From: Myxococcota bacterium
GTDB taxonomy: Bacteria > Myxococcota_A > UBA796 > UBA2385
Assembly: GCA_044344255.1 (NCBI GenBank)
Contig: JBIJDH010000008.1
Coordinates: 64,001-128,000 of the forward strand
Length of the DNA: 64,000 nt
Direction: 5' to 3'
The position numbers were made by a program, and so were the translations under genes. This document shows, piece by piece, positions 19,721-31,294 of this stretch (the stretch's first letter is position 1; every line of letters begins with the position of its first letter). Below the pieces are notes generated by a model. That model saw only the letters and a program-made list of their open reading frames with translations, was not told the origin of the DNA and searched no databases.

Positions 19721-21064
19721 GTGGGAGACACCCGCGTAGAGGTGATCCGGCGCCTCGCGCGGCGGGGAGCAGGCTCGGCGCTCCACCGCGCCCTCGAGAA
19801 GGCGAAGGCCGTCGATATCGCGAGCGCCATCGGCCACCTCGCCCCCGCCGAGCAGCGCCTCGTCCTCTCCCACATCAGCACCGACGAGCTCGCCGCCGAG
19901 GTGCTGGTGCGCGTGGAGCCCGACGAGCTCCGCAACCTCGCCCGCGACCTCGCCTTCGAGCGGCTGGTCAAGCTGCTCAACGCGATGGACGCCGACGACG
20001 AGGCCGACGTCATCGACCGGCTCCCCGACGATCTCCGCGCCCGCGTGCTCGGCGCGATCACCCCCGAGGACAAGGTCCTCGTCGAGGACATCCTCGCCTG
20101 GCCGGAAGACTCCGCGGGCGGCATCATGCAGCCCCTCGCCTTCCGCCTCGGCGAGGGCCTGTCCTGCCGCGAGGCCATCTCGGCCCTCCACGAGCAGGAG
20201 GAGGAGCTCGAGCACCTCTACTACATCTACGTCGAAAACGAGAACAAGCAGCTCGTCGGCGTCACCTCGCTGCGGGGCCTGCTCACCCACTCCCCCTCGG
20301 TCCTCCTCCGCGACATCATGACCACCGACATCATCACGGTGGTGCCCGAAGAGGATCAGGAGGAGGTGGCCCGCCTCGTGAGCCGCTACGACCTCCTCGC
20401 CGTGCCGGTGGTCGACAACAACCGCCACCTGCTCGGCATCGTGACCATCGACGACGTGGTCGACGTCATCAAGGAGGAGGCGATCGAGGACATGATGCTG
20501 ATGGCCGGCGTGAGCGACACGCCGCCGCCGCAGCAATCGCCCTGGGACGCCGCCAAGGCCCGCGTGCGATGGCTCATCATCACGCTCGTCACCGGCATGG
20601 TCATCTCAGAGGTCATCCACTTTTACAGCTCCGCCCTGGAGCGCAACATCGTGCTCGCCGGCTTCATGCCGGTCGTGATGGGCATGGGCGGCAACGTCGG
20701 CACCCAGGCGGCCACCATCACGGTGCGGAACCTCGCCCTCGGCCGGGTCTCTGTCGAGGAGGGCGTGCCGCGGCTGCTCTGGCGCGAGGGCCGCGTGGGC
20801 CTGCTGATGGGCCTCTTCTTCGGGGTGTTGCTCGCCATCTATGTCGGCGCCCGCCACCAAGACCTCAACCTCACCGCGGGAATCGGCAGCTCGATCGCCA
20901 TCTCGCTGGTCAACGCCGCCATCATGGGCACCCTCATCCCGCTCACGCTGCAGCGCCTCGGGGTCGATCCCGCCGTCGCGACCGGCCCTTTCGTGAGCAC
21001 CTCGATCGACCTCGTGACGGTGCTCGTCTACTTCAACGTGACGACCCTCATCTTCGGGCTGTAG
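19721..21064 (+). CDS. mgtE: Magnesium transporter MgtE
   Basis: EDSAGGIM, tandem CBS domains, GIVTIDD, GGNVGTQ, DPAVATGPF. Confidence 0.95.
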   Translation: MGDTRVEVIRRLARRGAGSALHRALEKAKAVDIASAIGHLAPAEQRLVLSHISTDELAAEVLVRVEPDELRNLARDLAFERLVKLLNAMDADDEADVIDRLPDDLRARVLGAITPEDKVLVEDILAWPEDSAGGIMQPLAFRLGEGLSCREAISALHEQEEELEHLYYIYVENENKQLVGVTSLRGLLTHSPSVLLRDIMTTDIITVVPEEDQEEVARLVSRYDLLAVPVVDNNRHLLGIVTIDDVVDVIKEEAIEDMMLMAGVSDTPPPQQSPWDAAKARVRWLIITLVTGMVISEVIHFYSSALERNIVLAGFMPVVMGMGGNVGTQAATITVRNLALGRVSVEEGVPRLLWREGRVGLLMGLFFGVLLAIYVGARHQDLNLTAGIGSSIAISLVNAAIMGTLIPLTLQRLGVDPAVATGPFVSTSIDLVTVLVYFNVTTLIFGL

Positions 21065-21065
21065 G

Positions 21066-21101
21066 CTCTCCCCGGAGCCTCTCCCCGGAGCCACTCCCCG
21101 G
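21066..21101. repeat. 13-bp intergenic tandem repeat (ctctccccggagc x2.8)
   Basis: Directly visible after the mgtE stop. Confidence 0.8.
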
Positions 21102-21182
21102 TCGCCTCGCTTGACCTCAGGGCCCCCCAAGGTATTGATGAGCGGCAAGGACCGGTCCAGCAGCTCCCGTCGCGAGGAAAGC

Positions 21183-22805
21183 ATGAAGATCAGCCTCGTC
21201 AGCCCCTACCCCGACATCACGAATTATGGCCTTCGCACCTTGTCGGCGGTGCTGAGGGCCGCGGGGCACGAGACGCAGGTGATCTGCATGCCGGACTTCG
21301 CCGGGGACGGCGAGAGCAAGCACGTGAAGATGAGCGAGGAGCGGTACAGCCCCGAGGTCATCGACCAGATGATCGAGGTGATGCGCGGCGCAGACCTCGT
21401 CGGGGTCACGCTGATGACCCACTACTTCGACTCCGCCAAGCAGATCACCCGCGCCGTCCAGGAGCGGCTGGGCCTGCCCGTCATCTGGGGGGGCTTCCAC
21501 CCCTCCGTGCGCCCCGACGAGTGCATCCACCACGCCGACTACGTGGCCATCGGCGACGCCGAGGACCTCCTGCTCCAGCTCGTCGATCGCCTCTCCCGCG
21601 GCGAGGTCGACCAGCTCCACGACATCAAGTCCCTCATCTGGAAGAAGGGCGGCACCGTCATCCGCAACGTCGTCGGCTCGCTCGAGCAGGACATGGACGC
21701 CTACCCGGCCCCCGACTTCTCGCGGGACGACCACCACGTCCTCTTCGAGGGGCAGCTCCTCCCCGTCACGAAAGACCTGCTGCGCCGCTACCTGCACAAT
21801 GGCACCGTCTCTCGTATGTTTGGGCGCACCGGCTATCAGACCATGACCGGTCGCGGCTGCCCCCATGCCTGCACCTACTGCGGCAATTCTTTCTATCGCG
21901 ACCTGTACAAACGGCAGCGGTACGTCCGCTACCGCTCGGTCGAGCACGTCATCCAGGAGCTGGAGGCCGTCAAGCGGGAGTACCCCTTCATCGACTTCTT
22001 CTGGTTCAGCGACGATAGCTTCTTCGGTCGTCCGCTGCCCGATCTGCTTCTCTTCGCTGAGCAGTACAAGAAGCGCATCGGGGACCCCTTCTACCTCCTC
22101 GGCTCCCCGGGCACCATCACCGAGGAGAAGTACGAGGCCCTCGTCGACGCCGGTCTGCTCTGCATCCAGATGGGGGTGGAGCACGGGAGCCCCCGCATCC
22201 AGAAGATGTTCAAACGCTCGACGATGGGGAATGACAAGATCCTGAAGAGCGCCGAGATCATCACCCAGTACACAGACCGCACGGCGCCGCCGCAGTACGA
22301 CGTGATCTACGACCTCGCCTACGAGACGACGGAGGACAAGCTGCACACGCTGCGGCTCATCTCGGATCTCCCCAAGCCCTACCGGCTCCAGGTCTTCAGC
22401 GTCATCTACTACCCAGGCACGTCTCTGCACACGATCGCCGAGCGGGACGGGCTCGTGAACGATGAGAAGGCAGAGATCTATGACCGGATGTTCTTCGAGA
22501 GGCACGACAGCTACACGAACACGCTGCTCTTCCTCGCCCGCTCCGGTCGGTTCCCCCACTCGCTGCTGAAGATGGCGATCGACGAGCGGGTCGTGGCGGC
22601 GATGACGAGCGACTACATGGAGCCCGCGGGCGAGCTCATGAAGGGGGCCTTCAACCTTCTCCGTCGCGTGATGAGAAACCCCGCGATCGAGCGTGCGAAG
22701 GCGCTCGGCACGCTGACCGGCCTCAACACCTTTGAGGCCCGCCTCGAGGGGATGACCGGCGCCAACGCCGGCGCGGCAGCCCCTGTGGCCGGCCTCACCT
22801 TCTAA
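21183..22805 (+). CDS. B12-binding domain radical SAM protein
   Basis: N-terminal cobalamin-binding domain (IWGGFHPS); RGCPHACTYC; FSDD; MGVE. Confidence 0.9.
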   Translation: MKISLVSPYPDITNYGLRTLSAVLRAAGHETQVICMPDFAGDGESKHVKMSEERYSPEVIDQMIEVMRGADLVGVTLMTHYFDSAKQITRAVQERLGLPVIWGGFHPSVRPDECIHHADYVAIGDAEDLLLQLVDRLSRGEVDQLHDIKSLIWKKGGTVIRNVVGSLEQDMDAYPAPDFSRDDHHVLFEGQLLPVTKDLLRRYLHNGTVSRMFGRTGYQTMTGRGCPHACTYCGNSFYRDLYKRQRYVRYRSVEHVIQELEAVKREYPFIDFFWFSDDSFFGRPLPDLLLFAEQYKKRIGDPFYLLGSPGTITEEKYEALVDAGLLCIQMGVEHGSPRIQKMFKRSTMGNDKILKSAEIITQYTDRTAPPQYDVIYDLAYETTEDKLHTLRLISDLPKPYRLQVFSVIYYPGTSLHTIAERDGLVNDEKAEIYDRMFFERHDSYTNTLLFLARSGRFPHSLLKMAIDERVVAAMTSDYMEPAGELMKGAFNLLRRVMRNPAIERAKALGTLTGLNTFEARLEGMTGANAGAAAPVAGLTF

Positions 22806-22822
22806 GGCGACCGGGGCCGCAA

Positions 22823-23371
22823 ATGGGGGGCTACTACCGTCAGGTCCACTCCACCCCTCAGGGTCGCCTCGTCATCGCCAGCGCCCGCCCCGAAGACGCC
22901 GGCCCCATCGCGCTCCTCTATGGCGGGGTCATCGGAGAGGAGCGCTGGTTCATCACCGCCGCCGAAGAGCACAGCCTCGGCCCCGAGCGGATGCTCGAGC
23001 AGCTCCTCGACCGCCAGCGCCGAGACAACGCCATCGACCTGGTGGCCCGCCTCGACCGCGCGTTGGTGGGCGCCCTCTGCCTCGCCGGCGGGCCGCTGCG
23101 CCGCACGAGCCACGTCGGCCGCCTCGAGCTCTTCGTCGCCGAAGCCGCGCGGGGCCACGGGGTCGGGCGGGCCCTGCTGGCCTCCGCGATCGAGTGGGCA
23201 GAGGCAAACCCCCGGCTCCAGAAGCTGAGCCTCAGCGTCTTCGAGGACAACGCCCGCGCCGTGGCGCTCTATCGGTCGATGGGCTTCGTGGACGAGGGGC
23301 GTCGGGTGGGCGAGTACCGCGAGCGGGATGGCACCCTGCGGAGTGACCTCTTGCTGTGCCGATCCGTCTGA
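22823..23371 (+). CDS. GNAT family N-acetyltransferase
   Basis: ARGHGVGRAL (acetyl-CoA motif A), NARAVALYRSMGF. Confidence 0.9.
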   Translation: MGGYYRQVHSTPQGRLVIASARPEDAGPIALLYGGVIGEERWFITAAEEHSLGPERMLEQLLDRQRRDNAIDLVARLDRALVGALCLAGGPLRRTSHVGRLELFVAEAARGHGVGRALLASAIEWAEANPRLQKLSLSVFEDNARAVALYRSMGFVDEGRRVGEYRERDGTLRSDLLLCRSV

Positions 23372-23386
23372 CCGGTCACCCCCTCC

Positions 23387-23431
23387 CCTCACCTCACCTC
23401 ACCTCACCTCACCTCACCTCACCTCACCTCA
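23387..23431. repeat. Pentanucleotide microsatellite (CCTCA)9
   Basis: Nine perfect units; the last supplies the TGA stop of the minus-strand gene. Confidence 0.95.
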
Positions 23432-24220
23432 CCGGGCGGCCTGCGGCGGATCGTAGGCGATGAGGTCCGCCCGGAAGGGCCCGATCTTCGTGCTCACCAC
23501 CATGCGCATCGGGATCCGCCGCACATCATCGGTGACCGCCAGCACAAAGCGCCCCCGCTGCTCCAGATCCCCGTCGTGGCCGGTCCTGAATTCCAGGAGC
23601 TGGAGATCGACCGGGCCGAGCAGGCTCTCCTCCAAATGCTCCTTCCCCGCGTCGAGCACCTGGAGCGGCCAGGTCTTCGTGCCGCTGAACACGGGGAAGA
23701 CCCAGGGGAGCGGCCCGTCCATCGTGCGCAGGCGGAAGAAGGCGCTCACCGGGTCTTCGACGCCGGGGGCGGCCGGGTAGGGCGTGGTCCACTCTTCCCA
23801 GCCCGCCGAGCGGAGCTGGCGGTGCCAGACGGAGATGCCGCCGGGCGCGAAGCGCATGTCGAGGTCCTGCCAGAAGCCGCCCTCGCGGAAGACACACTCG
23901 TAGCGCACGGAGCCGCGCGCCGGATCCCAGCTCGACACCACCCGGTCCTGCAGGGTGTAGACGCTCGCGTACCAGGGCGCGTTCTCCGCCCCGCCGAGGA
24001 TCCGCACTCGGGCGGCCGAGCCAGGGTCGGCCTCGACGCGCCCCCAGGCGTAGCCCCCGAGGACCCCGGCGTAGCGCACCTCCCAGCGAAAGGACTCTCC
24101 CACCCAGTCGGCGGGGGGCTTCACGAGCGGGGCGGGGCTGGCGGTCTCGGGCGCGGCCAGGGCAGCCTCCAATCGGAGGAGAGCACCCGCAGCCAGCACC
24201 AGGGCGAGCACACGCTTCAT
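23429..24220 (-). CDS. DUF3108-like secreted protein
   Basis: ATG 24220 (MKRVLALVL signal peptide); GESFRWEVRY, DPVSAFF, TDDVRRIP..GPFRADL. Confidence 0.7.
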   Translation of the reverse strand: MKRVLALVLAAGALLRLEAALAAPETASPAPLVKPPADWVGESFRWEVRYAGVLGGYAWGRVEADPGSAARVRILGGAENAPWYASVYTLQDRVVSSWDPARGSVRYECVFREGGFWQDLDMRFAPGGISVWHRQLRSAGWEEWTTPYPAAPGVEDPVSAFFRLRTMDGPLPWVFPVFSGTKTWPLQVLDAGKEHLEESLLGPVDLQLLEFRTGHDGDLEQRGRFVLAVTDDVRRIPMRMVVSTKIGPFRADLIAYDPPQAAR

Positions 24221-24242
24221 CCCGGCAGGGTACCCGAACGCG

Positions 24243-24274
24243 AAGAAGCCCGCCGGGGTCTCCCCCGACGGGCT
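24243..24274 (-). terminator. Probable terminator/hairpin after hppA
   Basis: 12-bp stem with one G-U pair on the minus strand, GAGA tetraloop, short U-rich tail; about 20 nt after the hppA stop. Confidence 0.65.
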
Positions 24275-24294
24275 CCTACCCACACCGGCTCTGC

Positions 24295-26745
<2,451 letters not shown>

Positions 26746-26883
26746 ATGAGCGTGGCTCCCCAGAGTGGCGTGAGGGGGGTGGACAAACCAGAGCTGGCAG
26801 GGCGCCGGGCTGAGGCCGCCGCGCCGGGATGGACCCGATAGCGGCCTCCGCTCCGGAGCCACCGCCCGGAAAAGGGCGGCCTC

Positions 26884-27795
26884 CTAAGCAACCCGAGGGC
26901 CTCCGGCAAGCCTTTCACCGAGCGACGAAGCGGTGAAACGATCGGCCAACGCTGCGACGACGGCGGGCGAGGTGCCACAGCAGGCCCCCACCAGGGTGGC
27001 CCCCGCGTCCACCCAGGACTCGGCGAAGCGGAGGTAGCGCTCGGGCGCCCCGGGGGCGGGCCCCCAGCCAAGGCCCTCCCCGACCGCCCCTGCGTTCGCA
27101 TAGGCCCCGAAGGGCACGCCGAGGCCCTGGAGCGCGACCACGAAGGGGAGAGTCTCGGAGGCGGCCACACAGTTGACCAGCACAGCCGAGGCCCCCCGCG
27201 CCACCGCCGCCGCCGCCCCAACGCGCACCGACGCAGGGCTGAGGAGGCGCCCGTCCGGCCCCGCCGTGAAGGCCACCCAGGTGGGGAGCCCAGTGGACAC
27301 AGCCTCTTCGACGGCGACCAGCGCCTCACCGACGTGGGGGAAGGTCTCGCAGAGCAGGAGGTCACAGCCGGCCCCGGCGAGGCAGCGCGCCAGCTCGCGG
27401 TGCGCCGCCCGAGGCGCCGGGGGGCTCAACCAGGGGGAGTAGCAGTCGGCCAGCGGCGCCAGGCTCCCTGCGACCCGCTGCCCGGCGGGGACGGCCCCTC
27501 GCGCCAGGGCGACCGCGCGCTCCGCCAGCCGCGCCCAGCCCGGGCCCACGTCCGCGAGCCGCGTTCGGAAGGTGTTGGCGGTGTGCACGGTGGCGCCAGC
27601 GGCCGCGTAGTCGCGGTGGATGGCCTCGAGCACCTGAGGGGCCGCCTCGATGGCGGCGGCGCTCCAGGCGGGGGCCGGAGTGGGCACCCCGCGTCGATGG
27701 AGCTCGGTGCCGACGGGCCCGTCGAGGATGGTGACGAGGCCGAGGTCGGGTACAGCCTGCGATTCAGAGGACTGGGACATCGAGGACTGCGACAT
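26884..27795 (-). CDS. Homocysteine S-methyltransferase family protein
   Basis: LDGPVGTEL, HRDYAAAGA, ANTF, CET, VNC, YAN, GACCG zinc motif. Confidence 0.88.
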   Translation of the reverse strand: MSQSSMSQSSESQAVPDLGLVTILDGPVGTELHRRGVPTPAPAWSAAAIEAAPQVLEAIHRDYAAAGATVHTANTFRTRLADVGPGWARLAERAVALARGAVPAGQRVAGSLAPLADCYSPWLSPPAPRAAHRELARCLAGAGCDLLLCETFPHVGEALVAVEEAVSTGLPTWVAFTAGPDGRLLSPASVRVGAAAAVARGASAVLVNCVAASETLPFVVALQGLGVPFGAYANAGAVGEGLGWGPAPGAPERYLRFAESWVDAGATLVGACCGTSPAVVAALADRFTASSLGERLAGGPRVA

Positions 27796-27899
27796 GGATG
27801 ACCGGTATTCCCGCCCGGTTCTCCGCGCCGCCGTCCCAGCCCGCCGCGGTGGCGTCAGGGCGGCGCCGGGGTAGAGCAAGCGCCCAAAGGAGTCCACCC

Positions 27900-28592
27900 A
27901 TGGTCCGGCGTATCCTCAAGCTGCCCTTCAGCCTCCTCCGAGGCGCCTTCCGCGCCGTCACCGGCTCGGGCAAGAGCCCTCCCCCGCCGCCCCGGAAGGC
28001 CGCACCCGACGAGCTCCGCACCAAGCGGCCCGCCCCCGCCGCCCCGCCCGCCGAAGACCCGGACGCCGGCGGACATGATCACGGCCACAGCCACGGGCAC
28101 GATCATGGCCACAGCCACGACCACGGCGCACCCGCCGAGGCCGTCCCCAAGCCCGCGCCGAAGCCCGCACCGGCGCCGCCGAAGCCCGCGCCGCCGAAGC
28201 CCGCCGCCAAGAAGGCGGCCCCCGCAGACGACGGCCACGATCACGGCCACAGCCACGATCACGGCCACAGCCACAGCCACGATCACGAGCCGCCCGCCGC
28301 CCGCCCCGCCACTGCGGCGAAGAAGACGGCCGTCCGCGTGAGCGCTGAGGGCACCCCAAACCCGAACGCGACCAAGTTCACCTGCAGCGTGCCGGTGCTC
28401 GCGAAGGGCTCCGTGTCCTTCAACAGCGCCGCCGAGGCCAAGGGCAACAAGCTCGGCGAGGCCCTCTTCGGCATCACCGGTGTCCGCTCGATCTTCGCCG
28501 TCAAGGACTTCGTGACCGTGACCAAGGAGGAGGCCGCGAGCTGGGATGCGCTCATCCCGGCCGTCGAGGCCGCGCTCCAGAAGGCGCTCTGA
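27900..28592 (+). CDS. His-rich protein with C-terminal Nfu/NifU N-terminal-type domain
   Basis: ATG 27900 with AAGGAG; two (HX)n tracts; TPNPNATKF...LFGITGVRSIF..DFVTVTK..W. Confidence 0.85.
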   Translation: MVRRILKLPFSLLRGAFRAVTGSGKSPPPPPRKAAPDELRTKRPAPAAPPAEDPDAGGHDHGHSHGHDHGHSHDHGAPAEAVPKPAPKPAPAPPKPAPPKPAAKKAAPADDGHDHGHSHDHGHSHSHDHEPPAARPATAAKKTAVRVSAEGTPNPNATKFTCSVPVLAKGSVSFNSAAEAKGNKLGEALFGITGVRSIFAVKDFVTVTKEEAASWDALIPAVEAALQKAL

Positions 28593-28647
28593 CGCCTCCG
28601 TTCGCCGGTACTCTGTAGTCCTCTGTCTTCGGGGAGGCCGCCGGCGC

Positions 28648-28965
28648 TCAGGCGCGGCGGCGACCCACGACGAGATCGAGCATCGCCTGGAACTGCTTGT
28701 CGCTCGTCTGGACCATGCGGGCGTTGGCCAGGAACGAGTAGCTCGACAGGTTCGTATCGATGAGGCCGGCCTCCAGGCTGCCAGCGTCGCTGATCGCCAC
28801 CGTGTCGCCATCCGAGCCCACCCCGTTCAGGGCCGCGACGGTGGCCTTGGTGACCACGTTGGCCGCGTCGCTCAGCCGAACGCCGGCCAGCATCATGCCT
28901 TGGATCGAGGCCGACAGCGCCGTCCCACCCGCAGAGGACACACCGACAGAGGAGGCGACAGACAT
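28648..28965 (-). CDS. Small protein resembling the N- and C-terminal helices of flagellar rod/hook (FlgC/E/F/G) proteins
   Basis: ALSASIQGM..RLSDAANVV and SYSFLANARMVQTSDKQFQAMLDL resemble the SGL...ANN and AYQANAKVIQTADEMLGTL patterns. Confidence 0.6.
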   Translation of the reverse strand: MSVASSVGVSSAGGTALSASIQGMMLAGVRLSDAANVVTKATVAALNGVGSDGDTVAISDAGSLEAGLIDTNLSSYSFLANARMVQTSDKQFQAMLDLVVGRRRA

Positions 28966-29121
28966 CCAGGCTCCCAGCGGCCACGCGCGGCCATCATGGC
29001 CCCATCATCCACCATCCGGAGGCGGAGCGCAAGCCAGGCCGGCCAGGGCCCTCTCACGGAGATAGGCCCCCTCGCGGACACCCTCCCCTCCCCACCCCTC
29101 CCCTCTGCGCGGCGGTGCTCG

Positions 29122-29637
29122 ATGAAGCTGTTGATCGGCCACACCTGGGACGGCACCCCGGTTGGCGCAGACGAGGCGGTGAGCCTCTGGCTGACCGACG
29201 ACGGGGACGCCCTCTCCATCGACGTCCTCGCCCCCCTCCACGCAGATCCTGTCCCCACCGGGCCGCCCGGGCCCACGCCCCGGCTCTGGGAGCACGAGGT
29301 GGTGGAGCTCTTCATCCTCGGCGAAGGCGAGGCCTACACCGAGGTGGAGCTCAGTCCCTGGGGCCACCACCTCGTGCTGCGACTACAAGGCCGCCGTCAG
29401 GTGGTGGAGAGCGGCCTCCCGCTCGACCTCCGTGTCAGCCGCCTCGGCGCGAGCTGGTGGGCTCGGGCACGGCTGCCGCGTTCCTACCTCCCGCCGGGCC
29501 CCCACCGGGTCAACGCCTTCGCCATCCACGGCACGGGGGCGTCCCGGCGCCACCTCGCTTGGACCCCGGCCCCCGGCCCGGCGCCCGACTTCCACCGTCT
29601 GGAGGCCTTCCCGGTCCTCCCCCTCCCCGGTCGCTGA
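29122..29637 (+). CDS. UPF0462/C4orf33-like protein
   Basis: HTWDG, LWEHEVVELF, YTEVELSPWGHHLVLRLQGRR, LPRSYLPP, NAFAIHG, PDFHRLEAF. Confidence 0.8.
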   Translation: MKLLIGHTWDGTPVGADEAVSLWLTDDGDALSIDVLAPLHADPVPTGPPGPTPRLWEHEVVELFILGEGEAYTEVELSPWGHHLVLRLQGRRQVVESGLPLDLRVSRLGASWWARARLPRSYLPPGPHRVNAFAIHGTGASRRHLAWTPAPGPAPDFHRLEAFPVLPLPGR

Positions 29638-29690
29638 GCGACGAGCCTCTCCCGGATCGCGGAGGGCCCGGCCCCAGCGAGGGGAGCCGC

Positions 29691-30536
29691 TCAGCGGAGC
29701 TCGACGTCGTCGAGGTACAGCCGGTTCTCCCCGCGTGAGGTCGTATGGAAGGCCGTCACGTCGCGGACCTGCAGGGAGCGGATGGTGCCGCCCTCGGGGT
29801 GCCGCCGCTCGGCTGGGGCCGAGGCCGGCGCGAAGGCGGTGAGCGGGAGGTCCACCGTCAGCCAGGCCTCCGTCCCGACCTCGAGCACCGGCGCGGACCA
29901 GAGCTCCCCCCGACTGTCCTCCAGCATGACGCGCAGCCGGGCCTCGAAGCGCTCCGAGCGCAGCTCGAGGCGCAGGCGCTGAAGGCCCCGCCCGCCGCTG
30001 GTGACGGGGAGCAGGATGGTGTCCGACTCCCCCTCCGCAACCTCGGTCAACCAGGTCAGACAGGGATCCCCGCCGTCGCCGGGAGATGGCTCCGTACCGA
30101 GGTCTTCGTCAAAGCCCCGCGGCCAGCCGCGCACCCAGCTCCCCCGGCCGCCGTGGAAGTCCTCTCGGTAGGGCAGGCTCGTCACCCGGCCCGCCTCCAT
30201 CTCGATGCGACCTTGCAGCTCCCGCGCCACGACGTGGGAGCGGGGGTCGCGTGCGGCGTGGCGGAGGGCCTCCCGCGCGAGCTCGATCTCTCCGGCGCCG
30301 TAACGGGCCCGCCCCAGCCAATAAAAGAGCTCCCCCCGGATGGGGTCGTCCTCGCTCGTGTGCTCGATCAGCGTCTCATAGATGGCGATCGAGGCGGCGG
30401 GATCCCGATCGGCGGACTCCGAGAGTCGCCCACTGTAGAGCGCCGCCCACACCTCGGGCCCGTCCGCCCGGGCCGCGGAGCCGAGCCCCAGGAATCCGAG
30501 TCCGAGGAGTTCGAGCCCGAGGCTGACGAGGATCAA
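29691..30536 (-). CDS. Secreted protein, TPR-like N-terminus plus CBM11/CIA30-like beta-sandwich
   Basis: TTG start overlapping the regulator stop; signal ending AARA; YWLGRARY; WLTVDLPLTAF...LYLDDVELR. Confidence 0.65.
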   Translation of the reverse strand: MILVSLGLELLGLGFLGLGSAARADGPEVWAALYSGRLSESADRDPAASIAIYETLIEHTSEDDPIRGELFYWLGRARYGAGEIELAREALRHAARDPRSHVVARELQGRIEMEAGRVTSLPYREDFHGGRGSWVRGWPRGFDEDLGTEPSPGDGGDPCLTWLTEVAEGESDTILLPVTSGGRGLQRLRLELRSERFEARLRVMLEDSRGELWSAPVLEVGTEAWLTVDLPLTAFAPASAPAERRHPEGGTIRSLQVRDVTAFHTTSRGENRLYLDDVELR

Positions 30537-31237
30537 TCCTCCTCCTTCCCGATGAATTGGTAGCCCACGCCGTGAAGGGTCTCAATGAAGAAGGGGTTGG
30601 CAGCATCATCGCCGAGCTTCTTCCGCACGGTGAGCACGTGGGTGTCGACCGTTCGGGTGGCGATGCCCGCCTTGTAGCCCCAGACCCGCTTCAGCAGCTC
30701 CTCCCGAGAGAGGATGCGACCCCGGTTCTCGAGGAAGAACTGGAGCAGATCGCGCTCGCGGTTGGAGAGCCGCTCCACCTTGTCGGGGCGGGTGATCGTG
30801 TACTGATCGAGGTCGATAGTGGTGACGCCGAACTGGAAGATGCGGCGGGCCCCACCCACGCGGCGGAGGTTGGCGTCGACGCGCGCCTTGAGCTCCAGCA
30901 GCGAGAAGGGCTTGGTGACATAGTCGTCCGCCCCCACCTCGAAGCCCACGAGCTTGTCCTGCTCCGACGAGCGCGCCGTGAGGAAGATGACGGGCCGCTC
31001 GAAGCCCTGATCCCGCAGCGCCCGACAGATCTCGTAGCCGTCCATGGCGTCGGGGCCGGCGGGGCCCTCTTGCAGCATGACGTCGAGCACGGCGACGTCG
31101 GGGGGGAAGCGCCGGGCGAGGTCGAGGGCCTCGGTGCCCGTGCGTGCCCCGTGCACTTCGAAGCCCTCCCGGTTGAAGAACTTGAGGAGGGTCTCGAGCA
31201 CCTGTCGCTCGTCTTCCACGAAGAGGATGCGGGCCAT
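30533..31237 (-). CDS. OmpR/PhoB family response regulator
   Basis: VEDE, LDVML, FLTA, GADDYVTKPF, TRTVDTH, HGVGY. Confidence 0.95.
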   Translation of the reverse strand: MARILFVEDERQVLETLLKFFNREGFEVHGARTGTEALDLARRFPPDVAVLDVMLQEGPAGPDAMDGYEICRALRDQGFERPVIFLTARSSEQDKLVGFEVGADDYVTKPFSLLELKARVDANLRRVGGARRIFQFGVTTIDLDQYTITRPDKVERLSNRERDLLQFFLENRGRILSREELLKRVWGYKAGIATRTVDTHVLTVRKKLGDDAANPFFIETLHGVGYQFIGKEED

Positions 31238-31294
31238 GGACCGAGGCTCCAGCAGCGGAGGAGGGGGGATGGAACGAGGGCGCCTACTCTATCC

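Noticed and set aside
21183..23371. RiPP or secondary-metabolite cluster around the B12 radical SAM genes (also 52427-53929)
   Set aside because: No precursor peptide, SPASM domain, transporter or PKS/NRPS genes nearby.
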